Counted from the first letter of the stretch, positions 12,700 to 25,250 are shown. The stretch is 64,000 bases of DNA from Eledone cirrhosa (GCA_964016885.1 OZ024742.1:297042001-297106000); one strand, 5' to 3'. Numbers and translations are program-made. The notes: generated by a model not told the origin, from the sequence alone.

Positions 12700-13118
12700 T
12701 CTTCTTCTTCGCCCATTTATTCCTGTGAGGGTCGGTGGGGCAGAGTCTTCAAACACTCCTTCCAGTGGATCCTGTCAGAAGCAACAGTGTCCAACTGATC
12801 CAGCTTGATCCCCAGGCGAGACCAGTCAAGCTAATGGATGTTATCCACCTATCTTGCTCAGGATCTACCTCTGGGTCTCCTGCCAGTTGGGTTTGCCCAT
12901 AAAATCTGTCCAACAATGCTTTCAAAAGTCATTCTAACCACATGCCCATAGTATCAGAGCTGTTATCTCTCAACTCAGAGAAGTAGCGGCTCTACCTGGA
13001 GTGACTCTCTGACATCAGAGTTATGCACTTTATCAAGTAACATTACTCCAAAGATTCTTTGAAGGAACCCCATTTTTGCTGCTTGTATTTGCGATCATAT
13101 ACTTTCAGTCATTACAAT
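12700..13118 (-). mobile_element. RTE-clade LINE 3' fragment (different family from the main RTE)
   Basis: QIQAAKMGFLQRIFGVMLLDKVHNSDVRESLQVEPLLL..YYGHVVRM..NPTGRRPRGR; (GAA)n tail. Confidence 0.8.
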
Positions 13119-14957
13119 AAGTAAGGGTTGGCATGAAAACTGATTACCAAATGTTTCATTAATTAATTAAAATGTAGAGCATTTCATTAGAAATAAGGTT
13201 ATGAAAGGGTCAATTATTCCTTTAACTGAGGAGATAAGAGAATTGTCAGGAGAAGTTGAGTGTTTACAGTAGGGATGGCAAATTCTATCTGGGTCAAGTT
13301 TGGCCTCCAGTGTTTATCGACTCTTCTACTGAGGTTAATTCCATGAACCATAACTTTCCTTTGAAATATGCTGTCCTGTGATAATAGAAATTATAAATGC
13401 ACTTACTGCTTAGTTCTTATTTAGGCAATGTGGCTGCAGTATAGCTGAATTGTTAAGGAGTTCACTTTGTGTGACATCTGGTGTATGCCTCATTCACATA
13501 GCCTCAGATTGACCCATGACTGGGGATTAAAATTGGGTAGACAGAAACTGTTTGAAAGCTCAATAGTTGGATTGTACCTGTAAGGGTCTGATTCTGAACT
13601 ACTGAATTTCCTTAAGAATTACATTAAGGGTGCACGTGTCTGTGGAATGCTCAAACATTTACATGTTCTTTTCATGAACAGTTTCTTTCATTAAAACACT
13701 CATCGTCGAAATCAATGTAGGTCCATTCTATATTTTGGCAAACAAATAACTTAGTAAATATAAATTGTGAACATAGATTTCAATCTCAAAACTCATTCAA
13801 ATAATCTGGATATGAAATGTTTTTACCTCAGGGAGAGTTATTCGAAAAATTATTTGTTGAATTAAATTAAATTATGTTTTACAATTTCCATGAAATAATC
13901 TTTTAATTAGAATGTATGAAACAATAAATAGTAAGGCAGAAAAATTAAGAATAAACTCTAAAAAATTGAAAGATATGAACTTTAATTTTAGAAACTTAAA
14001 AGTTGATGGCATTATATATACTTTGAATAGCATTGGAATGGAATGGACCTCTGACTGTTTCAACAACTACTGTTCCAATTGTGTGATTAGTGGAACAATC
14101 TGCTCATGAAATTAAAGTGTAAGTGGCTAAGCATTCCACACACTCATGTACCCTTAATGTAATACACAAAGAGATTCAGTGTGACACATTTTGTGACCAG
14201 ACTAGATCATTGAATTATAGATACCATCCTTCGAATGGTCTACCAAATAGTTTTCACCAAGCCAATTTCAATTACAAAGCATGGGTCAATCCAAGCCTAT
14301 GGTAACTGACATATGCCAAAGATGCCATACACTGACATTGAATCTGGGACTTAGTCGTCCATGTTGCATCTACTGAATGGAATTTTATACTTTCAAACAG
14401 ATGAATTAGTAGAATTGTTAGAACATTGAACTCAAATGCCCTGAAATATATTGTGGGGTTTAGTTGTGGGTCTTTACATTCTGAGTTCAAATACCACTGA
14501 GACCAACTTTACCTTTCATCCTTCTGGGGTTGATAAGATAAAATAACCATCAAGTACTGTCATTGATATAATTGACTCATCCCTCTCTGTTTGTGTAAGA
14601 AAATATATATAATTTGAATGTTTTTGTCTCTTGTGAATAAGAAATATATTTATTTTCAATCTATTTGATTACTATCAATATAGGTATGTCAAAGCTTTCT
14701 ACATATCTATGTTTTTCACATAAAATCTACTTTATATGTATTTTATTATGAACCAGATATTTCAACTCATTTTACTAATATAATCCCTTGTTCTTTATCT
14801 TTACTAAACCTTCTCCTCCCTTATTCTCTCTTGTATATGTTTTACCATCAACACTAAAACAGAAGTATTATATATAGGGACACTAAAAATACTGGATTTG
14901 ATTGGATGATAGAAATGTGTTTAATGGAATGAAGTTCTGAAGTGAAGCTTAACATTT

Positions 14958-15066
14958 TTGTCAAAGTGTCGGCTGCTTTCTGATAGGTTTGTGGTTGAGC
15001 CTGTGGCAGTGGAGACGTCTGGCATTCTTAGCCCCTGGACCACATCCCTACTCACAGAGTTGGATA
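14958..15066 (+). mobile_element. Fragment of a non-LTR element restriction-like endonuclease C-terminus (CRE/NeSL-like)
   Basis: KCRLLSDRFVVEPVAVETSGILSPWTTSLLTELD resembles F.P.AVET.G..GP....L.E. Confidence 0.45.
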
Positions 15067-16077
15067 CCCACAAATATGAGCTGTTACAGCTCATCCACTT
15101 GCCATCCTCTGGGGTAGTGTCTTCTCCATCATGTCCACTGGGATCACAAGGAATTTACTCTTGAACAGTAAGTGTTAAGTACAGATCACACATATTATAA
15201 ATATGTTATGATGTAATTACTAAGTGAAATATATATATATAGAGAGTATCAGAAAAGAAATTAATAACAAAATCTAAGATGACAATAAAAGAGAAATGTT
15301 AAAATGTAAAATGATAACACAAAACAAACATTTTTATTTTCAGCTATAATTATCTGTGACTGATAAAAGAAATACCACATCTGTCACTGAACTGTAATTC
15401 AAAAGGCCAGCTTTGTTACACATTTTGTCACACTGATTCTCCTTGAGAATTATTTCATTATATGTATACATACTAATGAGATTCTCAGCCATTTACACAT
15501 TATTTCACAAATAAGCAACTTTATTCATTAAATAACTGGAACACTCATTGTCAAAACTGAACGAGATTCACTTGTTAGTGCAAGTTTTTCAGTTAATAAA
15601 ACAAGAATATTTCAATGGTCAGTTGTGTCTAAAGATTTACTATGCTATAATTCACTAAAGTTTTTCAACTAATATAATCAACGAATCTTTATAACTTTTT
15701 CACACATAGCTTGAGATCAATAGGTTACTCATTAAATGTGGCTGTACAAAATAAAATGAAATCAACTCATGCTATCATATCTCTATGTTCCACCTGAGAC
15801 ATAAGAAAAGTTCCTATTATTTCTCCGATAGAAATTTTCAAAATAACATAAATAGAAATAATTATTATTGTTTCGTTTTGTAATAGCACATTTAGCTCTT
15901 CCTATATGTTCTTTAATAGCTACCTAAGTGTGGGAAGAAACATGTCATAGAGATTATGAGTATTCAGCCTACTATCATAAAGTCATGAGTTTCATTCCCC
16001 TGTGGGAGGGCTGGATTTAATGGATGGCATGGGGTGGTGGTGGCAAAGGGTTGGACTTGTCTTTCTCTCTCTCTTTC

Positions 16078-16737
16078 CATGAAGCTTGCATGCTCCGATG
16101 GATGTGTACACGAACGGCGATGCATAAACGAATTGAGAGAGAGACTAAGCAGAAGAGGTATCAAATGTCCTTCTGGAGAGGATATTACGTTGGTATGGCC
16201 ATGTGATGCATATGAAGGCAACAACTGTATAAAAAAGTGCAGAGCAATGAAAATTGATGGAAGCCACAGAGTGGGTAGACCAAGAAAAACCTGGGACGAG
16301 GTGATAAAAACTGACCATGCTCACTTAAACCTCTCTAAGTCAATGTCACTGGATTGAGATCTTTGGTGCTATGCAGTTGTTCAAAAGACCTGCCTTCCCT
16401 TACATACAAACCTAGTCAGTAGGCACCTCTTACCCCAATATACACCCCACCCCACATACCCTACCCCATCCGCCCATTTCTGTCCACTGTGTTGGTTACA
16501 CAATAAAAGCAGCCAGTCCACACTCACTGTAAGGTGGTTGTGTTGGAGACATGGTAAAAAGGCTCCCAGTCCACACTCTAAATGTGGTTGGTGTTAGGAA
16601 GGGCATCCAGCTGTAGAAAATCCACCAATGACAGTTCTGTACGAGCGAGACACGGTCTCCTGACCAATCCTGCATCAAATAGAACAAAACCATCTAACCC
16701 ATGCTAGTGTGGATGATGGATGTTAAACAATGATGAT
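16078..16737 (+). mobile_element. RTE LINE 3' fragment
   Basis: EACMLRWMC..INELRERL..IKKCRAMKIDGSHRVGRPRKTWDEVIK, then the shared 3' UTR. Confidence 0.85.
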
Positions 16738-16959
16738 ACAGTTTGGCACTGAACAGTCAAAGTATATGATAAATACTTATCTGTATATATACACAGAATG
16801 AAAATAACCAAGACTGTGTAAATTTGTATCTAAATTTACACATGGAATATATACACAAAAAAACGTGACAAATAAAAGTATTTAATCGACTTTATAACCC
16901 AGTTAGGTTCTCATTGGAAGATATATATAATATTTAAACAATCAAAATGAAATACTTAC

Positions 16960-17070
16960 TCAAGCGTCTTATAAAGCCCATTCCTTATAGCAGTGTTTGT
17001 AGACATACTAATTTGCATATTATTAGCACTCATCTCAGTAATTCATTTTTATTATGTATCAAGCTGTGTG
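16960..17070 (-). other. Short exon-like segment (cytoplasmic-tail or leader exon), paralogous to 42924-43030
   Basis: Donor |gtaagtattt; frames read SANNMQISMSTNTAIRNGLYKTL or VLIICKLVCLQTLL; flank 16800-16880 aligns with 42755-42830. Confidence 0.4.
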
Positions 17071-17314
17071 CTAAGCAGCAAAATTATGAGATCAATATAT
17101 ATATATCTGTATGTATATAGTAGAGCAGTAACTGAGACTGCATAAATGTGTATATAAATTTATACATTAAGTATATAGCTATGTCAAATATAAGTATTTC
17201 CCTGTAAATTGAAAAAAAAACATTGTAAAATTAAATACTGAAATTAATTTAAACCCCTAAATCCCTTCAAGGAGGTGTTCCAGCTTGGTTGCAGGCTAAT
17301 GAATAAAAAGAGTA

Positions 17315-17657
17315 TCATCATCATCATCATCATTTTTACGTCCGCTATTCCCTGCTTGCAAGTGTGAGACGGGAACTGATTCTGGCTCGATTTCTACAGC
17401 TGGATGCCCTTCCTAACACCAACCTCATTTACAGTGAGTACTGGGTGCTTTTTATCCATGGCACCTACACGACCCCTTTGCAGTGGAATGATAGGGACCC
17501 AGTCCCTATCATCTCATTTCTACAGCTGAGTAAACTGGAGCAATGTGAAATAAAGTGTCTTGCTCAAGGAAACAACACATCACCCGGTCTGAGAATTGAA
17601 CTCACAACCTTTCGATTGCAAGGCCAATGCTCTAACCACTAAGCCATGTGCCTCCAT
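17315..17657 (-). mobile_element. SINE family B, full length
   Basis: tRNA-like head tggaggcacatggcttagtggttagagc; RTE-type tail ending (TGA)n. Confidence 0.85.
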
Positions 17658-18438
17658 GAGAACATTTTAATATGAAGACCTTTTGATACCATCTTAATAA
17701 TGAAATAATTAATAATTTTAGTAAATCCTTACAAATTATTTGTTAATTAATCTAAATACAGTGAATCCAACATGAATATAAATAAGTATTCCACAAACTC
17801 ATTTGCACAAGATGCCATGCAGTGAGATCAAATCTGGGACCTAATAATTGTAAAGGAAACTTCTTAACCAACAACAGAACACATGAAATTGCCAACTCGG
17901 TAGAACAAATAAAAATGAATAAAGACATAAATTGTAACGATGGATAGCTTAATGGTTAGGGAGTGTGGCTTACAATTGTGAGGTCATAAGATCGATTTCT
18001 GACTGCATGTTGTGTCCTTGAGCAGGGCACTTAATCTCCTATTGCTTCAGTCCACTCAGCTGGCAAAAATTGTATTCTCTAATACAAAAGGCCAGCCTTT
18101 ACACCTTCTATATTATGTTGAAGATCCCTGAGAACTATGTAAAGGATACACATGTCAATGGAATACTCAGCCATTTCCATGTCAATGTCACAGACAAGGT
18201 CCTACATAGATATAATTTATTAGAACCTTATTTTCTTCCTTAGACAAATCATTATCAATACCTATAAGAAAATGGTGAAGATTTAGAGGAATATATTATA
18301 TAGAGGTGCACACACACATATATATAGATATACACACACACATATATATGCACACACACACACACACATATATATATAAGTAACTTTTTTATATCCAGTA
18401 TTTTTTATGTATTGGATTTCAATTTATCATTTACATAC

Positions 18439-18577
18439 TTAAGCTACTTGGTCATAAGGAAGGGACAATACAAGATGGATGAAGATCTAAATAGTTATAA
18501 AAACCACTAAAAATACCATTGCTCTGGTTAGTTAGGTTATTTTTTAGCTTTCAACTAAAAGTGTCACTGGGCTCCAA
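18439..18577 (-). pseudogene. Candidate transmembrane pseudo-exon
   Basis: cattttgttcag| ... LTRAMVFLVVFITI*IFIHLVLSLPY |gtatgt; hydrophobic run with stops. Confidence 0.35.
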
Positions 18578-18835
18578 CTGAACAAAATGAATCACACATC
18601 ATAAACATGAAGAGGAAAGTGTGATATGTATATATGAGTGAACACGGTCATCTGATCTGGCTTGCCTCAAAATGGAACAACTCGTCTAACCCATGCAAGT
18701 GAGGAAAATATGGACGTTAAACATTCATGATGATGATGATTATATATGTAAATTTATATATGTAAATATATATATATATGTATATAGCATCCCACAAGTC
18801 TGATGAGTATTTGATTCCAGAGTCAGGCCCATTTG

Positions 18836-19469
18836 ATACATATATGAATACAGACGTACAGTAGTATGTATATATATATAAATACAAACGAGCAGCGATG
18901 GTTGCTAGACACTACGGCTTAATACGGGATGTTTGTTTACAAACACACCGAGCATTATAATAAATGTTCGGTGAGTCCATACGTACATATATATATATGT
19001 GTGCATGTATGTATATATATATATATACATATGTACGTGTACATACTTATATTTAAGTAACAGCCGTACTAAGAATGGGAAATGAAATTTCGTTTCATTT
19101 TTTCCGTTTATCGTTTTCGGTGCACCCAGCCGATTAACTCACTCGATATGCAAATTGGGCTACTCAGCCGTTAATATGCATAAGGTAAGTATATACGTTC
19201 AACAATCTGGCAGGAAGGTATACATTGCTGACGATAGCTAATAAGCTTGAAACTAGTACAGCGTTCTTTTGTCAGTATTGAACAAACGAGCAGCGATGGT
19301 TGCTAGACACTACGGCTTAATAAAGGATGTTTGTTTACAAACACACCGAGCATTATAATAAATGTTCGGTGAATCCATACGTACATATATATATATGTGT
19401 ACATGTATGTATATATATATACATACTACTGTACGTCTGTATACATATATGTATGTACGTGTACATACT

Positions 19470-19470
<1 letters not shown>
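18836..19470 (+). mobile_element. Penelope pLTR/retrozyme-like unit (~1.4 copies of ~400 bp, short inverted 5' piece)
   Basis: aaacgagcagcgatggttgctagacac at 18886 and 19284; 18836-18875 is the reverse complement of ~19415-19455; homologous to 98-672. Confidence 0.7.
19222..19264 (+). ncRNA. Minimal type I hammerhead ribozyme
   Basis: acattg-CTGACGA-tagct aata agctt-GAAAC-TA-GTA-cagcgt; core intact, stem I imperfect. Confidence 0.65.
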
Positions 19471-19516
<46 letters not shown>

Positions 19517-19542
19517 ATATTTATTTATTCATTTATTTGATA

Positions 19543-19662
19543 AAATAACAGATTAAAGTTTAAGCAAAGAATCGCTGCTTTCACTCTTAATGGGATCTTT
19601 AGAAGATCCCGTTAAGGGTGACAGCAGCGATTCTTTGCTTAAACTTTAATCTGTTATTTTAA
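19543..19662. repeat. ~58-bp-arm hairpin of the pLTR-like motif
   Basis: aataacagattaaagtttaagcaaagaatcgctgc...gggatct / agatccc...gcagcgattctttgcttaaactttaatctgttatt. Confidence 0.85.
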
Positions 19663-19717
19663 TAAATATAAATATATATATTAGAATTGGAGCTCTGAAA
19701 TAGCAATATATATATGA

Positions 19718-20113
19718 ATGTATATATAATGTATTTTGCAATACACTTTATGCTTAATTAAAAGCATTTTGAAGACCGTATGCTATTGTTTTAGAGTAGT
19801 GATAAATTCACTTACTTTAATCTCAGCAAACAGGGGAGATAAGCCGAAAAGGGCCTTGTTTCGCTTTTGTTGAAGCTTATCAAGGCTAACTACCCCTCCT
19901 GTCTACTGAGATTACTGATGTTATATTCTTAGGAGGGGTAGTTAGCCTTGATAAGCTTCAACAAAAGCGAAACAAGGCCCTTGTCGGCTTATCTCCCCTG
20001 TTTGCTGAGATTAAAGTAAGTGAATTTGTCACTACTCTAAAACAATAGCATACGGTCTTCAAAATGCTTTTAATTAAGCATAAAGTGTATTGCAAAATAC
20101 ATTATATATACAT
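19718..20113. repeat. ~180-bp-arm inverted repeat, each arm with a hammerhead-like motif
   Basis: Arms ~19718-19900 and ~19931-20113, ~30-bp spacer, only a few mismatches; 19943-19991 = tagcc-TTGATAA-gcttcaacaaaagc-GAAAC-aaggccctt-GTC-ggctta. Confidence 0.85.
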
Positions 20114-20599
20114 CCAAATATATATATATATATAAATTTAGTGTATTCATTCATACATGTAAACATAGATATATAGACACACACTATCATATATTTTGGT
20201 TTCTAGTAATTCCCTGGGGATTTGGTTGGCCAAATGCTTTGCTTAAATGTTTTATTTTTATTTTTTTAAATGTTATTCTTTCTCTTAGACTTCAGGTATT
20301 TTTTTGAAAGCAAAGCATTGGCCACTAAAATGCTACAGTGGACCCTGCAATGCTAATGTGGGCCCTGCAATGCTACCGTGGGCCCGCTGGGGCCCACTTG
20401 CCATTGGGCAACCTGACAACTTGGCCAGTCCACCACTGTATATATACATGCATAGACACACACACAATTTGGTTAAATTCACATTTTCATCCGTTGAAAC
20501 ATGAATTTAACCAAATCTTGTATCTTACAACTCATCTCTTCGACTGAATACCCTTTGGGTATAATTCTTTTACGAAATTCACTAAGTATATATATATAT

Positions 20600-20685
<86 letters not shown>

Positions 20686-20749
20686 TTAGTAATGGTTGTA
20701 TTTTAAAAGGGTACGTCAAAGCTATTTGTAAAACTGTTATATATTGTAT

Positions 20750-20806
20750 TTTGTCTGATGAAGGCATACCATAATTTAATATGGTATCCCTGAAATATGT
20801 ATAATG
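20750..20806 (+). ncRNA. Degenerate hammerhead motif
   Basis: CTGATGA-aggcataccata atttaa tatggtatccct-GAAAT-AT-GTA; long stem II, poor stem I. Confidence 0.45.
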
Positions 20807-20855
20807 AAATAAATATGGTTTTATAAATATAGTTTCCATTTATTAATATCGTGTG

Positions 20856-20940
<85 letters not shown>

Positions 20941-21049
20941 GCGTGTGTGCACGTGGCCTAGTGGTAAGGGCGTTGGACTTACGATCATAATGTCGTGGTT
21001 CGATTATATATATATATATATATGCATATAGAACATATTATACAACAAA

Positions 21050-21400
21050 AATCACCGAGTGGTAGATCCTAATAAAGTAATATAAAATAAGAAAACTCCA
21101 CAAGCAATTTCCTTATTGATATAGTCCTAGTTAAGAACATAAATCCAGAAGGCTTCATTAACTTCCCTTGCTGCAGTTTCCAAGATTAAGAACGGTACTG
21201 ACCATTCCATAGATTGAGACAGTCCATCCTGCCAGAGAATGAGAAGAATAAATGACCCAACAAATGTGCTGGTACATCATTTACTAATCTTGAAAGGATG
21301 AAGTCAATTCCCCTGTTAAATAAATTCAAGACATCATTTCTAAAGTTGGGTGTTGCAGAGATTGATGCATCTGGATACATGAGAAGTGTAAAGAAAAATC
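21050..21400 (-). pseudogene. Ig V-like pseudo-exon with a short SINE insert
   Basis: TLLMYPDASISATP ... DGLSQSMEWSVPFLILETAAREVNEAFWIYVLN; parallels ELITYP..IDWNK..KAIWLFV at 52696. Confidence 0.45.
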
Positions 21401-21871
21401 TTACAGATAAAAAGCCACAGAAAATTGTTACACTTCAGTTTAGGTAGAAAAAAGGCTTTAACATTAATTCCAGAGATTTTGCTGATTTTCAATTCTTCTT
21501 GGAATTTTAAAATATAGTTTTAAACTGCCTTAAAAAAATCAGCTTTTTTATGATATTTAGATAAAATGTGACGTTGTTTCTTGTAATTTATCTCATTGAT
21601 TACTTTATTAATACCATTATTTAAAAAATAAAAAGGGCGGTGAATTGGCAGTATCGGTAGAGGGTCGGACGCCATGCTTTGGCGCAAAGAGTTACGGCCC
21701 TTTCCATTCTGAGTTCAAATCCCGCCGAGGTTAACTTTGCCTTTCATCCTTACGGGGTCGATAAAATAAAGTACCAGTAATACACTGTTAAATCGCTGGC
21801 CTTATGCCAAAAGTAGAAACAATTATTTAAAAAATGAATATTTATAATATATAAATATATATATAGGAAAA

Positions 21872-22057
21872 TATATGACCCCGACGGCAGAGCTCAAGCC
21901 GTTTCGACGGCTATTTCTGGACTCCAGAAATAACCGTCGAAACGGCTTGAGCTCTGCCTTCGGGGTCATACATTTTCCTATTACCCACTCTACTACCCTA
22001 AGTATTGAGTACTCTGGTGCGGTATGGTCCATCTGGTTCCTTACAACTCCTTCGTTA
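21872..22057. repeat. ~47-bp-arm hairpin plus tail; 3' half of a hammerhead-type pLTR element
   Basis: tatgaccccgacggcagagctcaagccgtttcgacggctatttctgga and its reverse complement; related copies at 41876-42013(-) and 53570-53690(+, GAAAC agcaggagctcagct GTC ggggtc). Confidence 0.7.
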
Positions 22058-22497
22058 TATATTTATATATATGTACAGCCACCGGAAGTAACATCTGGGA
22101 GATATACAGCGCCATCTACCTGTTAGCTATCTACCTCACCGTGAAACAAAAGAACCCTTAAGCTATCAGAATAAACGCCTACACAGCGGTTAAACATCAA
22201 ACGATTATTTCTGTATAAATAGAGTGGTTCCAAACACTTCGCTTTGGCAGAGTCAACCCGCGTATCGGTGTCCCTATACTCTGCCACGCTTGTCACTCAC
22301 ACACGCCTTATACCTTGTATCGTCGCTTCATGTGAAAATAAATACCTGATCGAAATTACACCTCTCGCCTCGCTTTGTCCTTTCAACTTGTGCTTTCGTC
22401 TGTTCATCCTTACCGTATGTGACAACAGTTCTTTTAAGGGCTATTCTCGGATCTGATCGTAAGTAGTGACCAGACTGACTAACCACGTCGCTACAAT

Positions 22498-22529
22498 TGG
22501 TGACCCGAACGTGGTTTAAACACGCAACC
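22498..22529 (+). promoter_or_regulatory. Primer-binding site complementary to tRNA-Trp
   Basis: tggtgacccgaacgtggtttaaacacgcaacc vs recalled tRNA-Trp complement TGGTGACCCCGACGTGATTTGAACACGCAACC. Confidence 0.8.
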
Positions 22530-22560
22530 AGACAGCATCTAAGAAGATACCAACATAGAC

Positions 22561-24799
22561 ATGTCGCAACCAACGACAGAGGCCGAGATTTCAGAGCTGC
22601 GGGCTGGTCAAATTAAAGCCCTCTCGAATCATGTAGAGAACTTGACCTTTCAAACACACCGGCGACGCAGCAACAGTCGATCCAGGCCTTTTGACAGTCG
22701 AAGATCCAGACGTCCTAGTCAAAATCGTGTGCCTGGCAACCTCTGCTGGTATCACTCAAATTTCGGCGCACAGGCATCTAAGTGCAAAGCCCCGTGCTCT
22801 TTCCGGAATACCACCCAGGGCCTAGCGACGACGTTCACCCCTGGTACTGAAAAGAAAAGTCGTCTATTTTTTTACCAACGACCAAGCGACAGGCATCCGT
22901 TACCTCGTGGATACAAGAGCCCAGGTTAGTGTTATTCCGGTTTCACTAATCTCGGGCAAAAGACACCCAACACCGTCCTTTCTGCAGGCAGTGAACCGAT
23001 CGTCAATTCCGACTTTCGGGGAAAAATCACTGACCCTCAATTTAGGCCTGAGGCGGCGTTTTCAATGGGTGTTCGTCGTGGCAGACCTGCCGACCCCTAT
23101 CATAGGAGCCGATTTTCTCCACTACTTCAACCTTCTGGTGGATATGAAGAACCGGAGGCTTATTGACACCACCACAAACCTCACTGTGAGAGGTATATTT
23201 ACCACGCAATCCACAGTGAGCCCTGTAATTTGCCAGTCAGAGCCTTCGCGGTGCAACGGCATTCTCCAGAAATACCCAGACATCACTCGCCCGTTATTTA
23301 AGGATAGTCCTATTAAGCATAGTGTCACGTACCACATCGAGACAAATGGACCACCCACAGCTGCCCGACCGAGGAGACTGCCTCCAGACCGATTGAGAAT
23401 CGCCAAATAGGATTTCCAACACAGGCTGGACCTCGAAATCATTCGTCCTTCCTCCAGCAACTGGTCTGCACCCCTGCACCTTGTTCCTAAAAAAAACGAG
23501 AATGATTGGCGACCATGTGGGGATTATCGTGCACTTAACAATTCTACAGTACCCTATAATTACCCTGTACCTCACCTGCACGACTTTTCTGCCTCTCTGC
23601 AAGGCGCACGCATCTTTTCCAAGATAGATTTGGTGCGTGCATATAACCAGATACCTATGGAGCCTGCAGATATTCCGAAGACCGCAATCAGAACACCGTT
23701 CGGTTTATTCGAATTCCTGCGAATGCCGTTCGGTCTGCGCAACGCTGCACAAACTTTTCAGCGGTTTATTGACACCGTGTTACGCGATCTACCCTTCGTA
23801 TACGCGTATATTGACGACGTGCTGGTAGCAAGTACTTCCGAGAAGCACTTAGATCTCCTTTTCCAACGTTTGGCTGAGTACGGTATCATCATCGTCTGTC
23901 TTCTCGGCGTTCCATCACTGTCCTTTCTCGGGCACATCATCGATAAAGACGGCATTCGTCCACTTCCCGAGAAAGTAGAAGCTATCCGCAGTTTTCCCGC
24001 ACCTACATCACTTCGGAAACTGCGTGAATTACTCGGTCTGGTGAATTTGTATAGGCGTTTTATCCCTCATTGTTCCGACGCAGCCAGATTCCTCACGGAC
24101 CTTCTTCATAACCGGACTCGCAACAACGAAGAGATCACTCAAAACGAGGAAGAATTAACATCATTTAACCGCCTGAAGGAAATATTGGCAAACGCTTCCA
24201 TGCTCGTTTTCCCCAGGTCTGGCGCTCCTCTTTCGCTGCTAGTGGACGCATCAGATACGGGGGTTGGAGGCGTTTTACAACAACATGTCGACGGCGTGTG
24301 GCAACCCTTATCCTTCTTTTCTAAGCGGTTGCAACCGGCAGAAACGAAATACAATACCTTTGGCCGCGAACTCTTGGCAACCTATCTTTCGGTTAAGCAT
24401 TTTTGGCACATGCTCGAAGGATCAGATTTCGTGATCTACACGGACCATAAACCACTAGTTTATGCGTTCCGTACCAAACCTGATCGACATTCACCGAGAG
24501 AACTCCGACACCTGGATTTTGTCTCCCAATATTCAACTGATATTCGACATATGAAGGGATCAGACAACGTAGCAGCCGACGCCCTGTCCCGAATCCAGCT
24601 GAACGCAATACATGTGCATTCAGGCATCGACCTTCAACAGAGCGCAGCTGACCAAGAGACTGACGAAGAGTTTATCAAGCTCCGAGATTCGCCATCCCTC
24701 AAGTTTCAGCAAGTTCCCATTCCTTCTTCTCCGGGACAAATTTGGTGCGACTTTTCTACCGGTCATGAACGACCGTACGTACCACAACAGTTCTTTTAA
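22561..24799 (+). pseudogene. Gypsy gag-pol remnant
   Basis: LCWYHSNFGAQASKCKAPCSF (gag knuckle); LVDTRAQVS (protease, DTG altered); [15 protein letters not shown] (RT); [24 protein letters not shown] (RNase H); stop at 23408-23410; no integrase core. Confidence 0.92.
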
Positions 24800-24889
24800 A
24801 GGCTATCTTCAGATACGATCATACCGTATGCGATAACAGTCCTTTTAAGGGCTATTCTCGGATCTGATCGGAAGTAGTGACCACGTCGC

Positions 24890-24983
<94 letters not shown>

Positions 24984-24985
<2 letters not shown>

Positions 24986-25250
24986 CGTGGCCTAGTGGTA
25001 AGGGTGTTGGACTTACGATCATAATGTCGTGGTTTGCGTACTGGGGTGTGTGTTGTGTTTTTGAGCAAAACACTTCATTTCACGTTGCTCTAATATACTC
25101 AGCTGAAAATGAGTTTCAGCAATAGTTGGAGGTTTAACCCTACGATGAACGAGCGTCCTGTCCACGGGCGTCTTGTACTCTAAGTTCCTTCACGCAATCA
25201 AACAGGGATAAGCACCGGCCAAATGAGACTTCTGGCTTAAGACAGACTTT
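24984..25250 (+). mobile_element. tRNA-derived SINE (family C)
   Basis: Head acgtggcctagtggtaagggtgttggac; body ttgagcaaaacacttcatttcacgttgctc; the same head, truncated, at 20951-21005. Confidence 0.7.

Larger units (their letters stand above)
22072..24893 (+). mobile_element. Ty3/Gypsy LTR retrotransposon, internally deleted and pseudogenised
   Basis: 5' LTR ~22072-22495 (TG...gtcgctaCA), PBS, gag C-terminus, protease, RT, RNase H, partial 3' LTR 24785-24893; sits in (TA)n. Confidence 0.95.

Noticed and set aside
17011-17018. Octamer ATGCAAAT sites (also ~289, 19148, 42965, 48503) as vertebrate-style Ig promoters, implying V(D)J-like rearrangement
   Set aside because: The motif is common in AT-rich DNA and several hits lie inside repeats. 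I saw no heptamer-spacer-nonamer RSS beside any V-like exon.
20951-21005. tRNA gene
   Set aside because: Truncated head of a tRNA-derived SINE, near-identical to 24986-25040; no complete cloverleaf.
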